Assembly (NCBI GenBank): GCA_964431555.1
Contig: CAYSJW010000033.1
Location: 9,389 to 73,388 of the forward strand
Length of the DNA stretch: 64,000 nt
Direction: 5' to 3'
From: an uncultured Gammaproteobacteria bacterium
GTDB lineage: Bacteria; Patescibacteriota; Microgenomatia; UBA8517
The notes beneath the pieces are model-generated. The model was given only the letters and a program-made list of their open reading frames with translations. It was not told the origin of the DNA and made no database searches. Positions 39,208-48,470 of the stretch are shown in pieces. The position numbers and the translations under genes are program-made. Numbering within the stretch: position 1 is the stretch's first letter; each line of letters begins with the position of its first letter.

Positions 39208-39831
39208 TCACAAAATCTTATCAAAATAATTTTTAACTTTTTCTTCTAAAAAATTTTTAATCTCCTTCCAATTTATATACTTTACAAAATCAGGTTCTGG
39301 ATCATTTTCAGCATCTTGAAAATAAATCATAGATTTAAGGATAGCTAGTTTCTGAAATGAAACATCTTTATATTTTTTTTCAAACATTTCAAATATGTAA
39401 GAAAGAGAATTCCTTTGAAGAATAACGTAAATATCTATAAAATCTTTTTTAGATCCTCTGGAAGATATCGCTGATAATTTCATACAGGCGATATCAATTA
39501 TTGAAGCCATATAAATACCTTCAAATTTTATTAAATTTTTAACCAAAGGGTATTTATACAATAAAAAACTTACTTTTACGTCATCAATTAATAAATCCAG
39601 AGTTCCATCGGATTCATGAATTATTTTTGGTTTATATGGCTTTAAATTTTGTAAAATGAGATCTCTTTTTGGAAAGTTGTATGCAAAAAAATCTAGATCA
39701 AAAGATTTTCTATGACCAATTTGTAGAGCTAAAGCAGTACCACCTGCTAGATAAAATTCTTTTAAAATATCTAAATTCTTAATATTATTTAGAACCTCTC
39801 TTGTTTTCGGATAAAGGGTTTCTGGATACAT
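39208..39831 (-). CDS. AbiEii/AbiGii-family nucleotidyltransferase (type IV toxin-like, DUF1814)
   Basis: FYLAGGTALALQIGHRKSFDLDFF matches the GGTAL...R.S.D.DF signature of AbiEii nucleotidyltransferases. Confidence 0.7.
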   Translation of the reverse strand: MYPETLYPKTREVLNNIKNLDILKEFYLAGGTALALQIGHRKSFDLDFFAYNFPKRDLILQNLKPYKPKIIHESDGTLDLLIDDVKVSFLLYKYPLVKNLIKFEGIYMASIIDIACMKLSAISSRGSKKDFIDIYVILQRNSLSYIFEMFEKKYKDVSFQKLAILKSMIYFQDAENDPEPDFVKYINWKEIKNFLEEKVKNYFDKIL

Positions 39832-40082
39832 AGTACTTCCTTTTTATTGATATCAAAGTACAAAGAAAAAAAATTTCCTGTTTTTGGAGATATTTTTTTA
39901 CTACTTTTTAAAACTTCAACAATTTTATTTTTATTAATATTTTTTATAAGCCATCTAAAGGAATCAATATCTCCATATTCCAAAACTCTTTCAATAACAA
40001 AGGCATAATTTTCATCAAGATCTAAAGAATCAATCTTAACATCCCATAAATACTTATTTAAAAATGAAGGGATTTTATTCAT
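39789..40082 (-). CDS. small upstream partner of the AbiEii-like NTase (candidate antitoxin/regulator)
   Basis: 97 aa. Overlaps the NTase start by 43 nt on the same strand, in upstream position. Confidence 0.45.
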   Translation of the reverse strand: MNKIPSFLNKYLWDVKIDSLDLDENYAFVIERVLEYGDIDSFRWLIKNINKNKIVEVLKSSKKISPKTGNFFSLYFDINKKEVLCIQKPFIRKQERF

Positions 40083-40150
40083 TATTAAATTATATCATCA
40101 AATATAATACATCTATAAATTAAAATTTAGAAGATAAACATTTTTAAATT

Positions 40151-41695
40151 TTAAAAATTAGAATCCTTTTCGCTAAAACTTAATACTTCAAAACTAAAGA
40201 TATCGACGGAACTATCCTTATAACATTCTTTATCTAGATTTGCTTTCTGATGACAAAGCTGACTTAAATACTCATCTAAATTCCAATCAAATTCTTCAGC
40301 AACTTGTGGCAAAAAAGTACCGGCATTAAAACCTTTTTTCACTACAACTCCATCAATACCCAATCTTATATTTTTCCAATCTTTAACCTTTTTTCTCGGC
40401 GTCATAATAGATATTTCTATATCAATATCTTTTAATTCATCATATGTTAATGGTTTAAATCTTTGGTCCTTTGTAGCACTTGAAATTGCGGTTTCTTGAA
40501 TAACTTTATACATAGGTTTTGTAGGTTCAAATTCACCTATACAACCTCTTAAATATCCATTTTTTTTCAAGGTAACGAAAACTCCCATTGGTGTATTTAA
40601 TAAATGCGAGTCTTCTTTATAATTTTCTAATTCTCCCTTTGAAAGAAAGCTCTCTAGTGTATTTCTTGCCAATTTTAAAATTTTAATCTTATCTTGCTGA
40701 TTTACTCTTATAGTAAATTTTTCTAAGAAATCAGAATAACCCACAATGCTTACATATCCAACAACTCTATTTTTATCATTCGTTACATCCCCCGAATTTT
40801 TATAGATTAAATTTTTATAATTTTTGATTCCTAAAATATTTCCAATTTCTAAGGCTGTTTCTATCGCGTCTTTAGCACAAGCTGTGGTCACTAAACCATT
40901 ATATGAACTTTCATTAATTTCTTTTAAAGTATGTTTAAATTTTTCAACATCACCGTCTAATATTGAATTTATTGTTTTATAATCAATATTATTAGCATCT
41001 TCATACTTGGGATAATGTGAAAGATCGGAACTTACTACCAATAATGTGTTTTCATCGAAATTATATGAAAGCTTTTGAGCAAGCATCATTAGAAAATACT
41101 CATCTACTTGACCAATCAATATTGGAGTAATTTTAAAATCATTTAAAACAGATTGTAGGAAGATTAGCTCAATTTCCAAAGAATGTTCTTCTGAATGAGG
41201 ACTGGAATCTAATTTTACAGAATCATTGTTAACCAATGACTTAATTAAGTCCTTATCTAATTCTACTTTTCCTAAAGGAGTTTCCCAATAATCATTGTCA
41301 TCAATTGCAATAAAATTAAAGCTTCTTTTATGACTTGAACCCAAAAGAATAACTTTAGAATAATTATTATCTTTTAATTGCTTATAACCATAAGCTGCAA
41401 CTTGTCCAGAATAGGATAATCCTGCGTGAGGTGTAATTAATATTCTAATTTTTTCCTTAATTTCAAAATTTTCTGCATTATTAAGAAAAATTGATATCTG
41501 TTTTTCAAGATCTTCTTTCTTAGATGGATAAAAAGTTCCTGAAACAGCAGGTTTCCTTATCCTTTCAAAATTTCTATTTACTTCTGGAACCTTAATGTCA
41601 ATTTGATTTTTTTTGTTTAAATAAAATATCCAAAAAATAAGAAATATAAATAGAAAGAAGATAAGAATTTTAATAAAATATCTTATAGATAACAT
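40151..41695 (-). CDS. TM-anchored fusion of a Memo-like domain (AmmeMemoRadiSam system protein B) and an AMMECR1 domain (protein A)
   Basis: N-terminal TM. ILITPHAGLSYSGQVAAYGY is a MEMO1-family motif. C-terminal GVFVTLKKNGYLRGCIGEF is the AMMECR1 LRGCIG signature. Confidence 0.75.
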   Translation of the reverse strand: MLSIRYFIKILIFFLFIFLIFWIFYLNKKNQIDIKVPEVNRNFERIRKPAVSGTFYPSKKEDLEKQISIFLNNAENFEIKEKIRILITPHAGLSYSGQVAAYGYKQLKDNNYSKVILLGSSHKRSFNFIAIDDNDYWETPLGKVELDKDLIKSLVNNDSVKLDSSPHSEEHSLEIELIFLQSVLNDFKITPILIGQVDEYFLMMLAQKLSYNFDENTLLVVSSDLSHYPKYEDANNIDYKTINSILDGDVEKFKHTLKEINESSYNGLVTTACAKDAIETALEIGNILGIKNYKNLIYKNSGDVTNDKNRVVGYVSIVGYSDFLEKFTIRVNQQDKIKILKLARNTLESFLSKGELENYKEDSHLLNTPMGVFVTLKKNGYLRGCIGEFEPTKPMYKVIQETAISSATKDQRFKPLTYDELKDIDIEISIMTPRKKVKDWKNIRLGIDGVVVKKGFNAGTFLPQVAEEFDWNLDEYLSQLCHQKANLDKECYKDSSVDIFSFEVLSFSEKDSNF

Positions 41696-41763
41696 TTTTA
41701 TAAGAATATTTTTACAACTTTTTTAAGTTAAAATTAATACATTTAATAGTATTTAAAAATATA

Positions 41764-43377
41764 ATGTCCATAAAAATATATAAATATATTATAGCTACTA
41801 TATTAATTATATTCTTAGTACTATTAATTTTTACAAATTCAATAAATACTTTAATTCCAAGCAGGGATTCAGGTACCTTTCTTTATGCAGGAAAAGAAAT
41901 TCTTCAAGGCAAAATTCCATATAAAGACTTTTGGGAACACAAAACTCCCCTGATATTCCTAATCAACGCTTTTGCATTAAAACTTTTTAATGGAGACTTC
42001 TGGGGATTATGGATTATCGAATTAATATTTTTATTCCTTTCTTTGTTATTATTTTTTATATTAACAAACAAGATATTTATATTTAATAATTCTATTATAG
42101 GACTAATATTTATTTCTTATTATCTAATAAAATTTTTAGAAGGAGGTAATAGGGTAGAAGAATTTGCTATATTATTTCAAATTGTTATATTAGTATTATT
42201 TTACAATTCACATAATACTTCTAAAATAAAGTCTATTAAAATTTATTCATTTATTACTGGAGTTTTTACTGCTTTTCTTTTCCTTTTAAGACCAAATTTA
42301 ATAGGTATATTTCTTTCAATATTAATAACTAATTCATTCTTACTCTTAAAAGATAATTATAAAAAATATATTAATAACATTATTTTTGTAATTTTAGGTA
42401 TTTCATTACCAATTATTTCCATAATTGTCTTTTTCTCATATAAATCTGCAATAATTGATTTTTTTGATCAAACAATAATCTTTAATATTATTTATTCAGA
42501 TTCAAATATTGAAAAAAAAATTATCTCCATTTTGAACTTCATTAGAACGAACTATAATGTTTTCATTTTAACTTTTATAGGGTATATATTACTTTTAAAG
42601 GAAAAAAAGAAAAATATTATAGTAACATTATCTTCTATATGGCTCCCAATTGAAATTATTTTTTCTTCAATTTCTGGAAGAGAATATAAACATTATTATT
42701 TATCACTTTTAATACCGCTTATTATTCTATTAATTTATCCATTAAATAAATTATTTTCTAAATTAGACAAAATAACAAATAAAAATATTTTTAAAATTTC
42801 TATATTAAATGTATTCATAATTATATCTTTATATTTTATTTTCTTTAACAAAGAAATCATTAAAATATTTATAAATTTTGATGAGAAAAAACCTTTTGAT
42901 AGAAATTTTAACTTTCGTTCATTTCTTTATAACAATTTTGATGAACATAAGGATACGATTTCAATTATTAAAAAGGAAACCACCAATTATGACAAAATAA
43001 TTATCTGGGGAAGCGAGCCATCTTTGTACCTTATATCAAATCGAGTTTCAGCCTCAAAATACTTTTACCAATTTCGTCTTTTTCATCCAAATTACGATGT
43101 AGATGGTCACCACATAAACAGGTTTATATATGAAGTCAAATACAATTTACCAAAGTTAATTATCGATGCTTCAGAAAGTACATACGATAAAGATATCGGT
43201 GAATATTCAGCATTACCTCCTTTAGACAAAGAAAAGATGTTGAAATGGAAAGAAAAATCCAATTACAAAAATTATTATATATTGGACGAACTTGTAAATT
43301 TTATAGAAGAAAACTATTTATTTATTTCAAAAACTTACCACAATAAATGGTTAGTTTATAAACTGAATAATTTGTAA
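41764..43377 (+). CDS. GT39/ArnT-like membrane glycosyltransferase (PMT_2 family)
   Basis: RDSGTFLYAGKEIL.G..PYKDFWEHKTPL N-terminal loop typical of PMT_2/GT83-39. About 11 TM helices, then a soluble C-terminal domain. Confidence 0.65.
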   Translation: MSIKIYKYIIATILIIFLVLLIFTNSINTLIPSRDSGTFLYAGKEILQGKIPYKDFWEHKTPLIFLINAFALKLFNGDFWGLWIIELIFLFLSLLLFFILTNKIFIFNNSIIGLIFISYYLIKFLEGGNRVEEFAILFQIVILVLFYNSHNTSKIKSIKIYSFITGVFTAFLFLLRPNLIGIFLSILITNSFLLLKDNYKKYINNIIFVILGISLPIISIIVFFSYKSAIIDFFDQTIIFNIIYSDSNIEKKIISILNFIRTNYNVFILTFIGYILLLKEKKKNIIVTLSSIWLPIEIIFSSISGREYKHYYLSLLIPLIILLIYPLNKLFSKLDKITNKNIFKISILNVFIIISLYFIFFNKEIIKIFINFDEKKPFDRNFNFRSFLYNNFDEHKDTISIIKKETTNYDKIIIWGSEPSLYLISNRVSASKYFYQFRLFHPNYDVDGHHINRFIYEVKYNLPKLIIDASESTYDKDIGEYSALPPLDKEKMLKWKEKSNYKNYYILDELVNFIEENYLFISKTYHNKWLVYKLNNL

Positions 43378-43407
43378 TAATTATATACTATATCAAAATT
43401 TACTTTT

Positions 43408-43484
43408 TGGGGTGGGTGAGCGGATTCGAACCGCCAGCCTCTTGCTCCACAGGCAAGCGCTCTAACCATTAAGCTACACCCACC
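43408..43484 (-). tRNA. tRNA-His (anticodon GTG), with encoded G-1 and 3' CCA
   Basis: Cloverleaf folded by hand. Anticodon loop CTGTGGA. G-1 pairs with C73. The CCA is encoded in the genome. Confidence 0.8.
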
Positions 43485-43575
43485 ATTATATAAATTTTAC
43501 TCCAATTTATAACTTTTTTAAATAAAAGTCTTTTTCTATTGAAATTATATTCTAAATAGTTTAATAATTAATTAT

Positions 43576-43893
43576 ATGATTGATATCACTATATCAACAA
43601 TTGTTGGATATCACTTAATGAAACTCATAAGTCACCCTAAATCCAAAATACGCAAAAAATTACCATTAATAAAAATTAAATTTATACAACTGTCGCCAAA
43701 TTTAACTTTCGCTGTAAAAGGAAAGGTAATATGGTTTCACCATTGGATTTGCTTCTCGGTAATACTGATAATATCAATAATTGTTGATAAAGGTTTCCTT
43801 TCCTTACCTTTGATTAAAGGTGCTTTATTGGGGGGTATCATACAGGGATTTACCTATCCGGACTGGAAAAGAATCATACAAAATAAAAAATAA
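43576..43893 (+). CDS. hypothetical small membrane protein
   Basis: 105 aa with two hydrophobic segments. Confidence 0.3.
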   Translation: MIDITISTIVGYHLMKLISHPKSKIRKKLPLIKIKFIQLSPNLTFAVKGKVIWFHHWICFSVILIISIIVDKGFLSLPLIKGALLGGIIQGFTYPDWKRIIQNKK

Positions 43894-43963
43894 AAGTATT
43901 AATTTTCTAGTAATTGACAAGATATAATTAAATATTTCAAAATTAAAATATAAATCTTAAAAA

Positions 43964-44767
43964 ATGAAGTTAAAAGATAAAAAACCAAAAATTAAAGTTG
44001 AAGAATTAAAAGAAGAATCCACAAATATATCATCCGGGAATATTGATACAACTAAAATTACATCATTTAGTCAACTAGATTCTATACCTCCAACTATTTC
44101 AGATTCTAAAGATTCTCAACTTAAAAATAATCTTAATGAAGAAATCAACGAAAATGACACATCCCTAAATAACATAAATGATATAGAAAAAAGTTCAGAT
44201 AGTGACAAAACTACGTCAGAAAATGAAAAAATATCTTCTGAAGAAGTAAAAGAATGGCTAAAAGATGTACGACCAGATACAACAAAAGAAAACCAAAAGG
44301 GGAGAGGTATTGGAGGAAAGGTTTTTTTTATAGTTATAACTCTATTCTTGTTAGGTGCTATATCAGGTGGATTTATTTATTTTCAGAAAGGTGTTAACAA
44401 ACCTTCTATAAATCCAACACCAACAGAAACCCCAAAAATTACACCTACAATTACTAAAGCTCCTGAAGAGATTGTCAATTTGAAGAATATCTCCATAAAT
44501 GTTTTAAACGGATCAGGGATTTCTGGTGAAGCAGGTAGAGTAAAGGACCTACTAATAAAAGGTGGCTTCGATAATGATAAAATAAAAACAGGTAATGCAG
44601 ACTCTTACGACTACTCGAATATAAATTTAAGCGCGAAAGAAAATATTTCAAATAAAGTCTTAGACATTATTAAAGATACATTAAAAGATAAATACAAAAT
44701 TTCTAAAGATATAAAAACTCTTAATGAAGAATCAAATTTTGATATTGAAATTATTGTTGGAAAGTAA
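43964..44767 (+). CDS. LytR_C (cell-envelope-related transcriptional attenuator C-terminal) domain protein
   Basis: Disordered S/T/N-rich N-terminus, TM, then INVLNGSGISGEAGRVKDLLIKGGF (LytR_C-like). Confidence 0.6.
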   Translation: MKLKDKKPKIKVEELKEESTNISSGNIDTTKITSFSQLDSIPPTISDSKDSQLKNNLNEEINENDTSLNNINDIEKSSDSDKTTSENEKISSEEVKEWLKDVRPDTTKENQKGRGIGGKVFFIVITLFLLGAISGGFIYFQKGVNKPSINPTPTETPKITPTITKAPEEIVNLKNISINVLNGSGISGEAGRVKDLLIKGGFDNDKIKTGNADSYDYSNINLSAKENISNKVLDIIKDTLKDKYKISKDIKTLNEESNFDIEIIVGK

Positions 44768-44920
44768 ATCTATACCCTAGTATTTATAAATTTTTATATT
44801 CTTCTTGAATCTTGATATAATATAACGAACAATTAATATTAAAATAATTCTTAAATTAGATTTGTAAAAAAAGTATTTTCAATTGTAAAATATTATTTTG
44901 TTAGGTTATTATCTTTAAAA

Positions 44921-45005
44921 GCCGAGGTGGCGGAATGGTATACGCGCAAGACTTAAAATCTTGTGTCACAATTGTGATGTGCGGGTTCGAGTCCCGCCCT
45001 CGGCA
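44921..45005 (+). tRNA. tRNA-Leu (anticodon TAA), class II long variable arm
   Basis: Acceptor GCCGAGG/CCTCGGC. Anticodon loop CTTAAAA. Confidence 0.8.
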
Positions 45006-45054
45006 CATCAAATTAATTTTTTAGATATTAATCCTCTTTTTAAAATATTACTTT

Positions 45055-45127
45055 CGGGGATTGGCTCAGTTGGTAGAGCGCACGGTTTGGGACCGTGAGG
45101 TCGCCAGTTCGAATCTGGCATCCCCGA
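45055..45127 (+). tRNA. tRNA-Pro (anticodon TGG)
   Basis: Acceptor CGGGGAT/ATCCCCG. Anticodon loop TTTGGGA. Confidence 0.8.
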
Positions 45128-45199
45128 CATTATAATAAGTAAAAAAATATAAAAAAATATTGTACGTTTAAAAAATCTATATTATTATATTTAAATTTC

Positions 45200-45270
45200 G
45201 CGGGATTAGTTGAGCGGTTCAACACCTCCCTTCCAAGGAGGAAAGACGGGTTCGACTCCCGTATCCCGCT
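45200..45270 (+). tRNA. tRNA-Gly (anticodon TCC)
   Basis: Acceptor GCGGGAT/ATCCCGC. Anticodon stem CCTCC/GGAGG with loop CTTCCAA. Discriminator U. Confidence 0.75.
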
Positions 45271-45286
45271 CAAATTAAATAAAATG

Positions 45287-46990
45287 TTATTGATTTAACA
45301 TTGATGATTCGAGAAAAGAGATAAAAATAGGGTGAGGAGAAAGAGGTCTGCTTAGATATTCCGGATGAAATTGAACACCGATAAAAAAGGGGTGATTTTT
45401 TATCTCAATAGCCTCAACCAAAGAATTAAATGGAGAAATACCCGAAATAATCAATCCATTTTTTTCAAAAATTTCCCGATATTCATTATTAAACTCATAC
45501 CTGTGCCTATGACGTTCATATATTAAAGTACCTGAACCTGAATACCTCACCTTTTTAGAAAATAAAGGATTAGGTAAAAACCAAGGATTATTCCTTTTAC
45601 CTCCGTATTTTTTATAAATACTTTCAAGTTTGGTACCACTTTTAACAATGCATGGCCAAGCTCCTAAACGAATAGTTCCGCCATATTGATGTTTTTTTAG
45701 ATACTCTTTTTGATTATCCATTAAATGTATTACTTTATGTGATGATTTTGGATTAACTTCTTGAGAATTTGCATCTTTAAAGCCCAAAATACTCCTTGAG
45801 AATTCTATAACTGCCATCTGCATTCCAAAACAAAGTCCTAAATACGGAATATTGTTCAATCTTGCGTAATTAACCGCCCTAATTTTTCCTTCAACGCCTC
45901 TTTTTCCCCATCCTTGTGGTACTATAATTCCACTAATACCGTTAAATATTTCTTTTATTTCAGAATCTTTTAAACTTTCTAAATCTTCTGAATTAACCCA
46001 TTTTATTTTTAATTTAACCTTTAATTTAAATCCCGCATGTTTTAAAGCTTCAACAACAGAAACATAAGCGTCTTCCAAGAGATAATCTCCTGTCTTTTGA
46101 TATTTTCCTACAATAGATATGTTTATTTCTTTAATTGATCGATCAATTCTTTTAATTAAACTTTTCCACTCTTTTAAATCGTTTTTAATGATTTTTATAT
46201 TCATTTTTTTAGCAACCTTTTTTGTAAAATTCTGTTCCTCCAATTTTAAAGGGACCTTATAAACAGAATCTAAATCTGGTGATGATATAATATTTTCCAA
46301 AGGAACACCTGATGCGAGAGAAATTTTTTCTTTTCTTTTTTCATCTACATCTTTTGAAGCTCTACATACAATAAAGTCAGGCTGTATACCCATTGTATTT
46401 AAAAAATAAACTGATTGTTGTAATGGCTTTGATTTCAATTCGCCAATATTGCCTGGAGTAGGTAAATATCCAACATGTATAAAGCAGATATTGTCTGGTT
46501 CTTTTAACTTAATCCTTCTTGCCGCTTCAAAAAACAAAAGTCCCTCATACTCTCCTACAGTTCCACCCATTTCAATTAAAATAACATCAGCTTTATTTTC
46601 TCTTCCTGCTATTTCCCATCTTTTTATAATTTCGGGTGGTATGTGGTGATACGGCTGAACACAAGCTCCTTCGTAATCCAATGATCTTTCTTTATCCAAA
46701 ACACTCTTATAAACCTGACCATTTGTTGTATAGTTATACCTAGACAAATTAGTATTAATAAATCTTTCATAATGACCTAAATCCTGATCTGTTTCTAACC
46801 CATCGTGTGTTACAAAAACCTCTCCATGTTCTAAAGGATTCATAGTACCTGCATCAATATTAAGATACATATCGCACTTGAAGGCTGTTACCTTAACACC
46901 GTATGATTTTAAAAGTAAACCCAAGGAAGCTGTAAATATCCCTTTTCCTAATCCAGATAGAACTCCGCCGGAAACAATTATATATTTCAC
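45287..46990 (-). CDS. pyrG: CTP synthase
   Basis: MKYIIVSGGVLSGLGKG N-terminus. Glutamine amidotransferase triad region (GLCFGMQ). 567 aa. Confidence 0.95.
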   Translation of the reverse strand: MKYIIVSGGVLSGLGKGIFTASLGLLLKSYGVKVTAFKCDMYLNIDAGTMNPLEHGEVFVTHDGLETDQDLGHYERFINTNLSRYNYTTNGQVYKSVLDKERSLDYEGACVQPYHHIPPEIIKRWEIAGRENKADVILIEMGGTVGEYEGLLFFEAARRIKLKEPDNICFIHVGYLPTPGNIGELKSKPLQQSVYFLNTMGIQPDFIVCRASKDVDEKRKEKISLASGVPLENIISSPDLDSVYKVPLKLEEQNFTKKVAKKMNIKIIKNDLKEWKSLIKRIDRSIKEINISIVGKYQKTGDYLLEDAYVSVVEALKHAGFKLKVKLKIKWVNSEDLESLKDSEIKEIFNGISGIIVPQGWGKRGVEGKIRAVNYARLNNIPYLGLCFGMQMAVIEFSRSILGFKDANSQEVNPKSSHKVIHLMDNQKEYLKKHQYGGTIRLGAWPCIVKSGTKLESIYKKYGGKRNNPWFLPNPLFSKKVRYSGSGTLIYERHRHRYEFNNEYREIFEKNGLIISGISPFNSLVEAIEIKNHPFFIGVQFHPEYLSRPLSPHPIFISFLESSMLNQ

Positions 46991-47049
46991 TTTAAATTTA
47001 AATACTACAATTTACACTTAAGTTGTCAACAATAAGAAAATATAAGATG

Positions 47050-47121
47050 TGCGCCTAGGGGGAGTCGAACCCTCATCATCGGTTCCGAAGACCGCTGCTC
47101 TATCCATTGAGCTATAGGCGC
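47050..47121 (-). tRNA. tRNA-Arg (anticodon TCG)
   Basis: Acceptor GCGCCTA/TAGGCGC. Anticodon loop CTTCGGA. Confidence 0.7.
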
Positions 47122-47165
47122 AATATTCTAAGAAATTATACATTTTTTAATATATAATTTCAGCT

Positions 47166-48278
47166 ATGATATATAATTCAAAATTTGAAAATATACAAAC
47201 ACAAATTTCAAGAATTGAAGAAGAAATACGCAAAACTCCTTATCACAAAGGCACAGAACATCATATCGGAAAATTAAGAGCTAGATTATCAATCCTAAAA
47301 GAAAAACTTTTAGAATATTCACAAAAAAAGGGAGCAAGGGAAGGTTACGCCATAAAGAAGCAAGGAGACGCTACAGTTATCTTAATAGGACCACCATCAG
47401 TTGGAAAATCTACACTTTTGAATAAACTCACAAATGCAAAAAGTAAAGTTGCTCCATACGCATTCACAACAGTTTCCGTAATTCCAGGTATGATGAATTA
47501 TAAAAATGCTAATATTCAAATTCTAGACGTTCCAGGCTTAATTGAAGGAGCCGAGGAAGGGAAAGGAAGAGGAAAAGAAATTTTATCAGTTGCAAGAGGA
47601 GCTGACTTAATTCTTATTATAGTCGATCCTGAACATATATCATCTATAGAAAGAATTAAACACACACTCGAGAAAAACGGAATCAGACTTAATCAAAAAC
47701 CTCCCCAAGTTGTTATTGATAAAAAAACACAAGGAGGAATAGTAATAAGAAGTAACATTTATCAAACAATCTCTAAAGATTATATAAAAGAAATTGCTCT
47801 AGAATTTGGCATTAAGAATGCTGAAATAACCATAAATGAAAATATAACTCTTAACAGACTTATTGATGCGTTCAGTAAAAATCGAGTATACATTCCTTCT
47901 TTAATCGTCATAAATAAAATTGATCTTCTCAACGATAAAAACCACACTAAGATTTGTACTGATGATTCAAATCATCAAAGTATAATACACATCAGTGCAG
48001 AAAAGAGTATAGGCCTTGATGAACTAAAAGAAAAAATTTGGGAAACACTCGAATTTATTACTGTTTATTTGGTTCGTCAGGATGAAGAACCCTCATTTTA
48101 TAACCCTATTGTTATAAAAAATGGAAGTACACTTAGAGATATAGCTAATTTATTAGGTACAGACTTTGTTGAAAATAAAAGAAAAGCAATAATATGGGGA
48201 AAACATGCTAAATACCCGGGCCAAGAAGTATCGTTATCAACAACCGCAGAAGACGGACTCCAAGTCAGATTTATATGA
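47166..48278 (+). CDS. OBG-HflX-like GTPase of the DRG/Rbg1 type with C-terminal TGS domain
   Basis: G1 GPPSVGKST, G3 DVPG, G4 NKID. The N-terminal helix and C-terminal TGS-like tail resemble archaeal/eukaryotic DRG. Confidence 0.7.
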   Translation: MIYNSKFENIQTQISRIEEEIRKTPYHKGTEHHIGKLRARLSILKEKLLEYSQKKGAREGYAIKKQGDATVILIGPPSVGKSTLLNKLTNAKSKVAPYAFTTVSVIPGMMNYKNANIQILDVPGLIEGAEEGKGRGKEILSVARGADLILIIVDPEHISSIERIKHTLEKNGIRLNQKPPQVVIDKKTQGGIVIRSNIYQTISKDYIKEIALEFGIKNAEITINENITLNRLIDAFSKNRVYIPSLIVINKIDLLNDKNHTKICTDDSNHQSIIHISAEKSIGLDELKEKIWETLEFITVYLVRQDEEPSFYNPIVIKNGSTLRDIANLLGTDFVENKRKAIIWGKHAKYPGQEVSLSTTAEDGLQVRFI

Positions 48279-48289
48279 AATAAAAATTG

Positions 48290-48362
48290 TGCCCCTGGGA
48301 GGAATCGAACCTCCAGTCTTTCCCTTAGAAGGGGACTGCTTTATCCGTTAAGCTACAAGGGC
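48290..48362 (-). tRNA. tRNA-Arg (anticodon TCT)
   Basis: Acceptor GCCCTTG/CAGGGGC. Anticodon loop CTTCTAA. Confidence 0.7.
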
Positions 48363-48470
48363 TTAAATTATTTCTGAAAAATAAACTAAATTTAAAAGTC
48401 AAAAACAATTGGATTATTTATAATTATTTATTGATATTCTAACAGATTATGATTTAATAATAAATATAAC

